Below, piece by piece: positions 12,324 through 21,325 of a stretch of 32,000 nucleotides of DNA. The DNA is taken from NCBI RefSeq assembly GCF_052907985.1, contig NZ_CM128594.1; one strand, given 5' to 3'. Each line of letters starts with the position of its first letter. Positions within the stretch are counted from its first letter, which is position 1. The notes under the pieces were generated by a model. It worked only from the letters and a program-made list of their open reading frames with translations, made no database searches and was not told the origin of the DNA. The position numbers and the translations under genes were made by a program.

Positions 12324-14012
12324 ATGGCAAGTTCGGGCACATCATCGACACGTAAGCGCTTTACCGGCGCAGAATTTATCGTTCATTTCCTGGAACAGCA
12401 GGGCATTAAGATTGTGACGGGCATTCCGGGCGGTTCTATCCTGCCTGTTTACGACGCCTTAAGCCAAAGCACGAAAATCCGCCATATTCTGGCTCGCCAT
12501 GAACAGGGCGCGGGGTTTATCGCTCAGGGAATGGCGCGCACTGACGGCAAACCGGCGGTCTGTATGGCCTGTAGCGGACCAGGTGCGACTAACCTGGTGA
12601 CCGCCATTGCCGATGCGCGACTGGACTCCATCCCGCTGATTTGCATCACTGGTCAGGTTCCTGCCTCAATGATCGGCACTGATGCCTTCCAGGAAGTGGA
12701 CACCTACGGCATCTCTATCCCCATCACCAAACACAACTATCTGGTCAGACATATCGAAGAACTCCCGCAGGTCATGAGCGATGCCTTCCGTATTGCGCAA
12801 TCAGGCCGCCCTGGCCCGGTGTGGATAGACATTCCTAAGGATGTGCAAACGGCAGTTTTTGAGATTGAAGAACAGCCCGGTATGACAGAAAAAGCTGCCG
12901 CGCCTGCGTTTAGTGAAGAGAGTATTCGTGACGCAGCTGCAATGATTAACGCCGCCAAACGCCCGGTGCTTTATCTGGGCGGTGGTGTGATCAATGCGCC
13001 TGCGCGAGTGCGTGAACTGGCGGAGAAAGCGCAACTGCCTACCACCATGACTTTAATGGCGCTGGGCATGTTGCCAAAAGCGCATCCGTTGTCGCTGGGT
13101 ATGTTGGGGATGCACGGTGTGCGCAGCACCAACTACATTTTGCAGGAGGCGGATTTGTTGATTGTGCTCGGTGCGCGTTTTGATGACCGGGCGATTGGCA
13201 AAACCGAGCAGTTCTGTCCGAATGCCAAGATTATTCATGTCGATATCGACCGCGCAGAGCTGGGTAAAATCAAGCAGCCGCACGTAGCGATTCAGGCGGA
13301 TGTTGATGACGTGCTGGCGCAGTTGATCCCGCTGGTGGAAGCGCAACCGCGTGCAGAGTGGCACCAGTTGGTAGCCGATTTGCAGCGCGAATTCCCGTGT
13401 CCAATCCCGAAAGCGTGCGATCCGTTAAGCCATTACGGCCTGATCAACGCCGTTGCCGCCTGTGTCGATGACAACGCGATTATCACCACCGACGTGGGTC
13501 AGCATCAGATGTGGACCGCGCAGGCTTATCCGCTCAATCGCCCACGCCAGTGGCTGACCTCCGGCGGGCTGGGCACGATGGGCTTTGGCCTGCCTGCTGC
13601 GATTGGCGCGGCGCTGGCGAACCCGGATCGCAAAGTGTTGTGTTTCTCCGGCGACGGCAGCCTGATGATGAATATTCAGGAGATGGCGACCGCCAGTGAA
13701 AACCAGCTGGATGTTAAAATCATTCTGATGAACAACGAAGCGCTGGGGCTGGTACATCAGCAACAGAGTCTGTTCTACAAGCAGGGCGTTTTTGCCGCCA
13801 CCTATCCGGGCAAAATCAACTTTATGCAGATTGCCGCCGGATTCGGCCTCGAAACCTGTGATTTGAATAACGAAGCCGATCCGCAGGCTGCATTGCAGGA
13901 AATCATCAACCGCCCTGGTCCGGCGCTGATCCATGTGCGTATTGATGCCGAAGAAAAAGTATACCCGATGGTGCCGCCAGGTGCGGCGAATACTGAAATG
14001 GTGGGGGAATAA
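12324..14012 (+). CDS. ilvB: Acetolactate synthase I large subunit
   Basis: 562 aa ThDP enzyme; ARHEQGAGFIAQGMAR, GDGSLMMNIQEMATASENQLDVKIILMNN ThDP-binding motif. Confidence 0.97.
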   Translation: MASSGTSSTRKRFTGAEFIVHFLEQQGIKIVTGIPGGSILPVYDALSQSTKIRHILARHEQGAGFIAQGMARTDGKPAVCMACSGPGATNLVTAIADARLDSIPLICITGQVPASMIGTDAFQEVDTYGISIPITKHNYLVRHIEELPQVMSDAFRIAQSGRPGPVWIDIPKDVQTAVFEIEEQPGMTEKAAAPAFSEESIRDAAAMINAAKRPVLYLGGGVINAPARVRELAEKAQLPTTMTLMALGMLPKAHPLSLGMLGMHGVRSTNYILQEADLLIVLGARFDDRAIGKTEQFCPNAKIIHVDIDRAELGKIKQPHVAIQADVDDVLAQLIPLVEAQPRAEWHQLVADLQREFPCPIPKACDPLSHYGLINAVAACVDDNAIITTDVGQHQMWTAQAYPLNRPRQWLTSGGLGTMGFGLPAAIGAALANPDRKVLCFSGDGSLMMNIQEMATASENQLDVKIILMNNEALGLVHQQQSLFYKQGVFAATYPGKINFMQIAAGFGLETCDLNNEADPQAALQEIINRPGPALIHVRIDAEEKVYPMVPPGAANTEMVGE

Positions 14013-14015
14013 GCC

Positions 14016-14306
14016 ATGCAAAACACAACTCATGACAACGTAATTCTGGAGCTCACCGTTCGCAACCATCCGGGCGTAATGACCCACGTTTGTGGCCTTT
14101 TTGCCCGCCGCGCTTTTAACGTTGAAGGCATTCTTTGTCTGCCGATTCAGGACAGCGACAAAAGCCATATCTGGCTACTGGTCAATGACGACCAGCGTCT
14201 GGAGCAGATGATAAGCCAAATCGATAAGCTGGAAGATGTGGTGAAAGTGCAGCGTAATCAGTCCGATCCGACGATGTTTAACAAGATTGCGGTGTTTTTT
14301 CAGTAA
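14016..14306 (+). CDS. ilvN: Acetolactate synthase I small (regulatory) subunit
   Basis: 96 aa ACT-domain protein, [29 protein letters not shown]. Confidence 0.97.
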
Positions 14307-14380
14307 GGAGCGACATTAAACCGCTCGGGGGAGTTACTGATGAGCGATTTTTGATAGATCCGTTCAGATATATAGGGTGA

Positions 14381-14411
14381 AATTGTGCCAGAGACCATCT
14401 CAGGCACAATT
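14381..14411. terminator. Strong hairpin downstream of ilvN at the left part of the insert
   Basis: AATTGTGCC-A-GAGA-CCA-TCTC-A-GGCACAATT; 9-bp outer stem and 4-bp inner stem, followed by TTATTA. Confidence 0.6.
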
Positions 14412-14570
14412 TATTAGCCCAGGACGTTAATTTAAGTCGCTGCACCGATAACCAGGGGGTTGACAGTTAGGGCTAAAAATTTCCAGCGATGGTGTTAAAT
14501 TCTGATTGCTGTCTATACCAGTGGTCATGACCAGCATTCTATTAATTAATGGTTCATCGTGAGGTATATT

Positions 14571-15866
14571 ATGGCAAGCCCTATAAACAGCGGAACAATG
14601 ATGTCAAATCCCTGCCCTTCCACCTTTTTGGATAAAAATAGAATTATTGCTGCTGAGCTTAATATCACAAATAACGAGAAAAAATATTCACCTGGCAGTA
14701 ATTTCGCAAAATGGATGTTACAGGAAATAAAACGCTTAATAGCAAATATTATGTCCGGTTCTCGCAGTGTTAATACCGAAATACTTAACTATTTTCACCC
14801 TATGCCAGGCACTGAAAATAATGGTAATCGTACCTGGATGGCGGCAACTGGAGAGAACGAATACACCGTAATTGAACAAACAGGTGGCAAATCCTTTAAT
14901 GTTTTTCAGGTTGGTGCAGGTAAAAATAATATAAAAGAAATATTGGGGAATACATCATATTCTGGAGTGGCTGTAGCGACTATTATCAAATCGCTATCTG
15001 AAAAAACTGCTGCGCTAGAAACACATTCTGCTGACACGGTTTTGAGGAAAAAATTAGTTAATAGTATTGTTCTGATGAATGCGGATTGTAATTACGAAAT
15101 GCCTGCAGAAATTTTGAGTAATACATATGATTTATTAAACCTGCGAATTCAAAAAGATGAGGGGCATTTACCTGTTCAGGAAAAAATTGATATTGATGAT
15201 GATTATTTATACTCTATGACTATGGATGCTCATAGATGTATAAAAGAACAAACTAAACCAAGTGGCGCTGCAAAAATAACTTGCTGTGGTGTTGAGTTAA
15301 GTAAAGATATTCTTAAAATATTTGCAAGCAAAATTGAAATAATTGAAAAAGATCTAAGTTATAGTCAAAAGACACCTGAACAATTGGTTGCACAGGTATG
15401 CTTTAATGATGATGATTGTGCTCGGGTAAGAGAATTATTAAAACAATCAAACGGTAATATTACGGATGATAAGATTGATGAAATAATCGCTTGCTTAGCC
15501 AGTCCTCAGGGGATTACATGTTTTTATTATTCTTCCGCACAAGGCTATCAGACTCGCTTACAACATACATCTCAAGATGTTCGCGAGTTACTCTCAAAGA
15601 GTTTGGATGGTGCCACTTCATTAACATTGCATTTAAAAAAATCAGGAAATGCTTTTTTTGGGTCTGGAAAGTATCTTAATGAAATGGATTTTACTATGAA
15701 TGGGTTTAGTCAGAAGATATATTTGATGGCGGTTAATAAAATTGAAAATGAAGTTAATCTTCAGTGCGCTCGTTATATTACTACCGGTAGTGTCGACGAG
15801 AAAAACTCCACCAGCGATAAAGTCTCTTTTACATTTTCTGGTGCCGCAACAACTGCTGATTTATGA
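14571..15866 (+). CDS. Uncharacterised protein A, paralogous to the neighbouring ORF; no family recognised
   Basis: 431 aa from MASPINSGTMMSNPCPST...; TGAGG 6-8 nt upstream of ATG; long uninterrupted ORF in AT-rich DNA; aligns blockwise with 16157..17605. Confidence 0.85.
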   Translation: MASPINSGTMMSNPCPSTFLDKNRIIAAELNITNNEKKYSPGSNFAKWMLQEIKRLIANIMSGSRSVNTEILNYFHPMPGTENNGNRTWMAATGENEYTVIEQTGGKSFNVFQVGAGKNNIKEILGNTSYSGVAVATIIKSLSEKTAALETHSADTVLRKKLVNSIVLMNADCNYEMPAEILSNTYDLLNLRIQKDEGHLPVQEKIDIDDDYLYSMTMDAHRCIKEQTKPSGAAKITCCGVELSKDILKIFASKIEIIEKDLSYSQKTPEQLVAQVCFNDDDCARVRELLKQSNGNITDDKIDEIIACLASPQGITCFYYSSAQGYQTRLQHTSQDVRELLSKSLDGATSLTLHLKKSGNAFFGSGKYLNEMDFTMNGFSQKIYLMAVNKIENEVNLQCARYITTGSVDEKNSTSDKVSFTFSGAATTADL

Positions 15867-16156
15867 TTTTTTCTTGATAAAGCGCGTTTATCATTAAGAT
15901 GAACGCGTATTGTTAACCGTCTGTGTGTAAACAGTCTTTTTGAAAAAATGAGCGATTTTTGATAGTGAATAAGTAGTGTTAGTGATGCAATTGCATTGGG
16001 AAAATCGTTCGGAAAATAAGCTCCAGTATTATTGCGTTTTTCTTAACGAACTGGCACATGGAGGTCGCTTTATGACCAATTGTGGCGCTAATATTAATGC
16101 TTTGAATAATATCAAAGTTGTATTTATTAATATTGAGAAAAAACCATGAGGTTATT

Positions 16157-17605
16157 ATGGGAACTTATAGCGTAACCACCAATCCTGTTAAACAGAGTGT
16201 TCTGTTTAACCAAAAGCAGCAAAATTTAAATAAGAGTATTAAGCGTGATCTTAATATGGATTTTTCTAACATTGACGTAATGAAAAAAAGTGGTGTGATT
16301 GACGATTGCCTAACAGTACCAACAGAACCCGTAAAGGTAAGCTTTAGAGAATCATTTGTAAATATATTAACTCACCTGTTGGAAATGTTGCATCTTTATC
16401 GTTATGAGGTTAATTCTAAATTCATCCCTTATTTTCATGTTACACCTGAATCTAAGGATTCGAATAATAAAATATGGATTGCTGTAACGGGTTTAAATAG
16501 TTATGTCAAAATTGAAGAGCTCGGTAGTGACAGATTTAAAGAAACCCAATTGTATCGTGAATTTCATAAGAAAAAAAATGGTGAAACTGAAAGTATAAAG
16601 CATGAGGACGTCAGGGAATTTTCAGGGTCTAACGCACAAGAGTTTTTGCAGCTCTTATCACAACATGATCAACAGGAAAGAGAACAAATCTCAGAATTAA
16701 CAGTTGCTGCAAATGCTCTTAAGCTGGAAGTTGCTAAAAATAACTATAACATGAAATCCCCTTCTGATAGGCAAACCGAACGCCGAATGATAGAGCTTTT
16801 AAGGGAACAAAAAGATTTAATTCCAGAAAAGTATTTACATCAATCATCTATAAAAAACCTTAAGCTTCATGAGGATGAATTTAGCTCACTCCTGGCAGAT
16901 GCAGAAAGACAAGTTCTGGAGGGAAGTTCATTTGTCTTATGTTGTGGTGAAAAAATAAACAGCACTATAAGTGAATTACTTCGCGAAAAAATGCAAGATT
17001 TAACACTTCGCACTAGATCTTTCACTCGCTCTGGATCTCCTTCTTGTGATGTTTATGAGGAAATATTCAAGAAAGTTATTTTCACCCCTGATGAATGTGA
17101 TCTGGTGAGAGATTCGTTATATCAAGATGGTATAAAGCCAGAAAAAATAGCAAAAATCATTTCTTGTTTATCCAGTCGTACCGGGATTGGAAATTTGTTT
17201 TATGCCTGTTCACAAGCATTTTATGTTGCTAATGATAATGTTGCACCTGATGTGCGTCGCGCCGCTGTAGCTGTTGGCGATACATTAAGTTATTGTCCGA
17301 GTTTTGTTGCTTTGAATGGTAGAAATAACCATCTTCATGCCGATTTCTCAGAATACGGGTTCACACAAACTCTTTATGTTTTAAGAGCAGTCATAAATAA
17401 CGCGAATGACACCTTTGATATTGCTAATTATATCTATACCACTAAAGGCGAAAATATTATCCATAACGACGTTGAAGATGATTCTCCCTATGTACATTCC
17501 GATGAAAGTTATAGACACAAAGATGATTATTGGGCAAGGGATAATGATGTCCGCAATCTAAGGAGAAATTTCTCAGGCAATATTACGATTGCAACCTACA
17601 AATAA
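16157..17605 (+). CDS. Uncharacterised protein B, paralogous to the ORF at 14571..15866; no family recognised
   Basis: 482 aa from MGTYSVTTNPVKQSVLFNQ...; TGAGG upstream; shares several sequence blocks with protein A. Confidence 0.85.
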   Translation: MGTYSVTTNPVKQSVLFNQKQQNLNKSIKRDLNMDFSNIDVMKKSGVIDDCLTVPTEPVKVSFRESFVNILTHLLEMLHLYRYEVNSKFIPYFHVTPESKDSNNKIWIAVTGLNSYVKIEELGSDRFKETQLYREFHKKKNGETESIKHEDVREFSGSNAQEFLQLLSQHDQQEREQISELTVAANALKLEVAKNNYNMKSPSDRQTERRMIELLREQKDLIPEKYLHQSSIKNLKLHEDEFSSLLADAERQVLEGSSFVLCCGEKINSTISELLREKMQDLTLRTRSFTRSGSPSCDVYEEIFKKVIFTPDECDLVRDSLYQDGIKPEKIAKIISCLSSRTGIGNLFYACSQAFYVANDNVAPDVRRAAVAVGDTLSYCPSFVALNGRNNHLHADFSEYGFTQTLYVLRAVINNANDTFDIANYIYTTKGENIIHNDVEDDSPYVHSDESYRHKDDYWARDNDVRNLRRNFSGNITIATYK

Positions 17606-17631
17606 TTCGCTTTTTCTCAATAACACGCACC

Positions 17632-17658
17632 AAACGCTTACCTTTCAGGTAAGCGTTT
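17632..17658 (+). terminator. Terminator downstream of the second novel gene
   Basis: Perfect 12-bp stem AAACGCTTACCT/AGGTAAGCGTTT with 3-nt loop, then TTTT overlap. Confidence 0.75.
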
Positions 17659-17717
17659 TGACGATAAGCCCAACATCATTAAGCCAATACATACCCCATA
17701 TCCAACTTGAACAACAT

Positions 17718-17748
17718 CGCGCTTATCGTTAAGGTATGCGCGTTTTTT
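17718..17748 (+). terminator. Terminator-like element just before uhpA
   Basis: CGCGC-TTATCGTTAAGGTAT-GCGCG followed by TTTTTT. Confidence 0.5.
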
Positions 17749-17766
17749 ATCCGCCAGGACCCAATC

Positions 17767-18357
17767 ATGATCACCGTTGCACTTATAGACGATCACCTCA
17801 TCGTCCGCTCCGGCTTTGCGCAGCTGCTGGGGCTGGAACCTGATTTGCAGGTAGTTGCCGAGTTTGGTTCGGGGCGCGAGGCGTTGGCGGGGCTGCCGGG
17901 GCGCGGTGTGCAGGTGTGTATTTGCGATATCTCCATGCCCGATATCTCCGGTCTGGAGCTGCTAAGCCAGCTGCCGAAAGGTATGGCGACAATTATGCTC
18001 TCCGTTCATGACAGTCCGGCGCTGGTTGAGCAGGCGCTTAACGCGGGGGCGCGCGGCTTTCTCTCCAAACGCTGTAGCCCTGACGAACTGATTGCTGCGG
18101 TGCATACGGTTGCCACGGGCGGCTGTTATCTGACGCCAGATATTGCCATTAAACTGGCATCCGGTCGCCAGGACCCGCTAACCAAACGTGAACGCCAGGT
18201 GGCGGAAAAACTGGCGCAAGGAATGGCGGTGAAAGAGATTGCCGCCGAACTGGGCTTGTCGCCGAAAACGGTACACGTCCATCGCGCCAACCTGATGGAA
18301 AAACTGGGCGTCAGTAACGACGTGGAACTGGCGCGCCGCATGTTTGATGGCTGGTGA
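17767..18357 (+). CDS. uhpA: Two-component response regulator UhpA
   Basis: 196 aa from [22 protein letters not shown]; receiver domain plus LuxR-type HTH ([45 protein letters not shown]). Confidence 0.96.
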
Positions 18358-19859
18358 TGAAGACGTTGTTCTCCCGCTTAATTACTGTTATTGCCTGCTT
18401 TTTTATCTTCTCTGCCGCGTGGTTTTGCCTGTGGAGTATCAGCCTGCATCTGGTTGAGCGCCCTGATATGGCGGTGCTGTTATTTCCGTTTGGTCTTCGA
18501 CTTGGGCTAATGTTTCAATGCCCACGCGGATACTGGCCAGTGCTGCTGGGCGCGGAATGGCTGCTGATTTATTGGTTAATGCAGGCGGTTGGTTTAAGCC
18601 ATTTCTCCTTATTGATGATCGGTAGTTTACTGACGTTACTGCCCGTGGCGCTGATCTCACGCTATCGCCATCAACGCGACTGGCGCACTCTGCTGTTACA
18701 GGGTGCGGCGCTGACGGCGGCGGCGTTGTTGCAGTCGCTGCCCTGGCTTTGGTACGGCAAAGAGTCGTGGAATGCGCTGCTGTTAACTTTAACTGGCGGC
18801 CTGACGCTGGCCCCGATATGTCTGGTGTTCTGGCACTATCTCGCCAATAACACCTGGCTGCCGCTCGGTCCGTCATTGGTTTCTCAGCCAATCAACTGGC
18901 GCGGGCGGCATCTGGTCTGGTACTTGCTGCTGTTTGTTATCAGTCTCTGGCTCCAGTTGGGATTGCCGGATGAACTGTCGCGCTTCACTCCCTTCTGCCT
19001 GGCGCTGCCGATTATCGCGCTGGCATGGCACTATGGCTGGCAAGGGGCGCTGATTGCGACGTTGATGAACGCCATCGCGCTGATCGCCAGTCAAACCTGG
19101 CGTGACCATCCGGTCGATTTATTGCTCTCCCTGCTGGTGCAAAGTCTGACTGGGTTGTTGCTTGGTGCTGGCATACAGCGCTTGCGTGAACTTAACCAGT
19201 CGCTACAAAAGGAACTGGCGCGCAATCAGCATCTGGCTGAACGTTTGCTGGAAACCGAAGAGAGTGTGCGTCGTGATGTGGCGCGTGAATTACACGATGA
19301 TATCGGTCAGACCATCACCGCCATTCGTACGCAAGCGGGCATTGTCCAGCGGCTCGCGGCGGATAACGCCCGCGTGAAACAGAGCGGGCAGCTCATCGAA
19401 CAGTTATCCCTGGGCGTTTACGACGCGGTGCGCCGCTTGTTAGGGCGGTTACGTCCGCGCCAGCTGGATGATCTCACTCTGGAGCAGGCCATCCGCTCAC
19501 TGATGCGGGAAATGGAGCTGGAAGGGCGCGGCATTGTCAGCCATCTCGAATGGCGAATCGATGAATCAGCGTTAAGCGAAAACCAGCGCGTGACGCTGTT
19601 TCGCGTCTGCCAGGAAGGGTTGAACAACATTGTGAAACATGCCGATGCCAGTGCGGTCACGTTGCAAGGCTGGCAGCAGGACGAACGGTTGATGCTGGTG
19701 ATTGAAGACGATGGTAGCGGTTTACCGCCGGGTTCCGGGCAACACGGTTTTGGCCTCACCGGAATGCGCGAGCGAGTAACGGCGCTGGGTGGCACCTTGA
19801 CCATCTCCTGTTTGCACGGCACGCGTGTCAGTGTTTCTCTACCTCAACGTTATGTCTAA
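18357..19859 (+). CDS. uhpB: Sensor histidine kinase UhpB
   Basis: 500 aa with MASE1-like TM region, HisKA_3 box [23 protein letters not shown] and HATPase motif. Confidence 0.96.
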   Translation: MKTLFSRLITVIACFFIFSAAWFCLWSISLHLVERPDMAVLLFPFGLRLGLMFQCPRGYWPVLLGAEWLLIYWLMQAVGLSHFSLLMIGSLLTLLPVALISRYRHQRDWRTLLLQGAALTAAALLQSLPWLWYGKESWNALLLTLTGGLTLAPICLVFWHYLANNTWLPLGPSLVSQPINWRGRHLVWYLLLFVISLWLQLGLPDELSRFTPFCLALPIIALAWHYGWQGALIATLMNAIALIASQTWRDHPVDLLLSLLVQSLTGLLLGAGIQRLRELNQSLQKELARNQHLAERLLETEESVRRDVARELHDDIGQTITAIRTQAGIVQRLAADNARVKQSGQLIEQLSLGVYDAVRRLLGRLRPRQLDDLTLEQAIRSLMREMELEGRGIVSHLEWRIDESALSENQRVTLFRVCQEGLNNIVKHADASAVTLQGWQQDERLMLVIEDDGSGLPPGSGQHGFGLTGMRERVTALGGTLTISCLHGTRVSVSLPQRYV

Positions 19860-19868
19860 GGCTTGATG

Positions 19869-21188
19869 ATGTTGCCGTTTCTGAAAGCGCCAGCTGACGC
19901 GCCGTTGATTAGCGATAAACATGAAATTGATGCCCGCTATCGCTACTGGCGTCGGCATATTCTGCTGACCATCTGGCTGGGTTACGCGCTGTTTTACTTC
20001 ACGCGGAAAAGTTTTAACGCCGCCGTACCAGAAATCCTTGCTAATGGCGTGCTCAGCCGTAGCGATATCGGCCTGTTAGCGACCCTGTTTTACATTACCT
20101 ACGGCGTGTCGAAGTTTGTCTCCGGCATTGTCAGCGACCGCTCAAATGCCCGTTATTTTATGGGGATAGGGCTTATCGCCACGGGCATCATCAACATTCT
20201 GTTTGGCTTCTCGACGTCGCTATGGGCGTTTGCCATGCTATGGGGGCTGAACGCCTTTTTCCAGGGCTGGGGTTCACCGGTGTGTGCGCGTCTGTTAACC
20301 ACCTGGTATTCACGTACTGAGCGCGGGGGGTGGTGGGCATTATGGAACACGGCGCATAACGTCGGCGGCGCACTCATTCCCATTGTGATGGCAGCGAGCG
20401 CGCTGCATTACGGCTGGCGTGCCGGGATGATGATTGCCGGTTGTATGGCGATAGTCGTGGGGATTATTCTCTGCTGGCGGCTGCGCGATCGCCCGCAGGC
20501 GTTAGGTTTACCAGCGGTCGGCGAATGGCGACACGACGCGCTGGAAATCGCTCAACAACAAGAAGGGGCAGGGCTGACACGTAAAGAGATCCTCACCAAA
20601 TATGTGTTGCTGAATCCGTATATCTGGCTGCTTTCGTTTTGCTATGTGCTGGTCTATGTGGTCCGGGCGGCGATCAACGACTGGGGCAATTTGTATATGT
20701 CCGAGACGCTGGGCGTCGATCTGGTCACGGCGAATACGGCAGTGACAATGTTTGAACTGGGCGGATTTATCGGTGCGCTGGTAGCGGGTTGGGGCTCGGA
20801 CAAACTCTTTAACGGCAACCGCGGGCCGATGAATTTAATTTTCGCCGCCGGGATTTTGCTGTCCGTCGGCTCGCTATGGCTGATGCCATTTGCCAGCTAC
20901 GTGATGCAGGCAAGCTGCTTCTTCACCATTGGTTTTTTTGTCTTTGGCCCGCAGATGTTAATCGGCATGGCGGCAGCAGAGTGTTCCCACAAGGAGGCGG
21001 CAGGGGCGGCAACGGGGTTTGTCGGCTTGTTTGCTTATCTGGGGGCGTCGCTTGCTGGTTGGCCGCTGGCGAAAGTACTCGATACCTGGCACTGGAGCGG
21101 TTTTTTTGTGGTTATCGCCATTGCCGCCGGGATTTCCGCACTGCTGTTACTGCCCTTTTTGAATGCCCAGACACCGCGCGAAGCGTGA
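19869..21188 (+). CDS. uhpC: Membrane sensor / MFS protein UhpC
   Basis: Start MLPFLKAPADAPLISDKHEIDARYRYWRRHILL within ORF 19863..21188; organophosphate:Pi antiporter fold. Confidence 0.95.
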   Translation: MLPFLKAPADAPLISDKHEIDARYRYWRRHILLTIWLGYALFYFTRKSFNAAVPEILANGVLSRSDIGLLATLFYITYGVSKFVSGIVSDRSNARYFMGIGLIATGIINILFGFSTSLWAFAMLWGLNAFFQGWGSPVCARLLTTWYSRTERGGWWALWNTAHNVGGALIPIVMAASALHYGWRAGMMIAGCMAIVVGIILCWRLRDRPQALGLPAVGEWRHDALEIAQQQEGAGLTRKEILTKYVLLNPYIWLLSFCYVLVYVVRAAINDWGNLYMSETLGVDLVTANTAVTMFELGGFIGALVAGWGSDKLFNGNRGPMNLIFAAGILLSVGSLWLMPFASYVMQASCFFTIGFFVFGPQMLIGMAAAECSHKEAAGAATGFVGLFAYLGASLAGWPLAKVLDTWHWSGFFVVIAIAAGISALLLLPFLNAQTPREA

Positions 21189-21325
21189 TGCATCTCACTT
21201 TTTCACTTCATATCCGGCAAAACTAAGAAATTTTCCAGGTTTTGCCTGGACGCTATCTCAGGCCTGATTTGCTGCTGATTTTTACAATGCATACCTCACG
21301 CAGGTATTCATTTCAGGAGTAACCC

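Noticed and set aside
12136-12351. 71 aa and 165 aa minus-strand ORFs around the ivbL/ilvB leader
   Set aside because: They cover the known ivbL leader and attenuator on the opposite strand; no coding signature.
13425-14168. 247 aa minus-strand ORF opposite ilvB/ilvN
   Set aside because: Antisense to strongly conserved ilvB codons; translation has no recognisable domain, typical of high-GC antisense open frames.
14340-14357. MSDF mini-ORF (ATG AGC GAT TTT TGA TAG) as a real leader peptide
   Set aside because: Only four codons and one of the two copies lacks a good ribosome-binding site. Reported as a repeat, not as a CDS.
14460-14519. TTGACA at 14460 as -35 box of the promoter for novel gene A
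   Set aside because: No convincing -10 hexamer at 16-18 nt spacing; too weak to list as a promoter.
14571-17605. Assigning the two novel proteins to a named T3SS effector family (for example SopD/EspY-like) or to a phage-defence family
   Set aside because: A vague N-terminal resemblance to secreted effectors is not enough without a profile search. No diagnostic catalytic motif was found, so they are left unnamed.
20876-21226. 116 aa ORF inside uhpC
   Set aside because: Out-of-frame overlap with uhpC; translation shows no domain.
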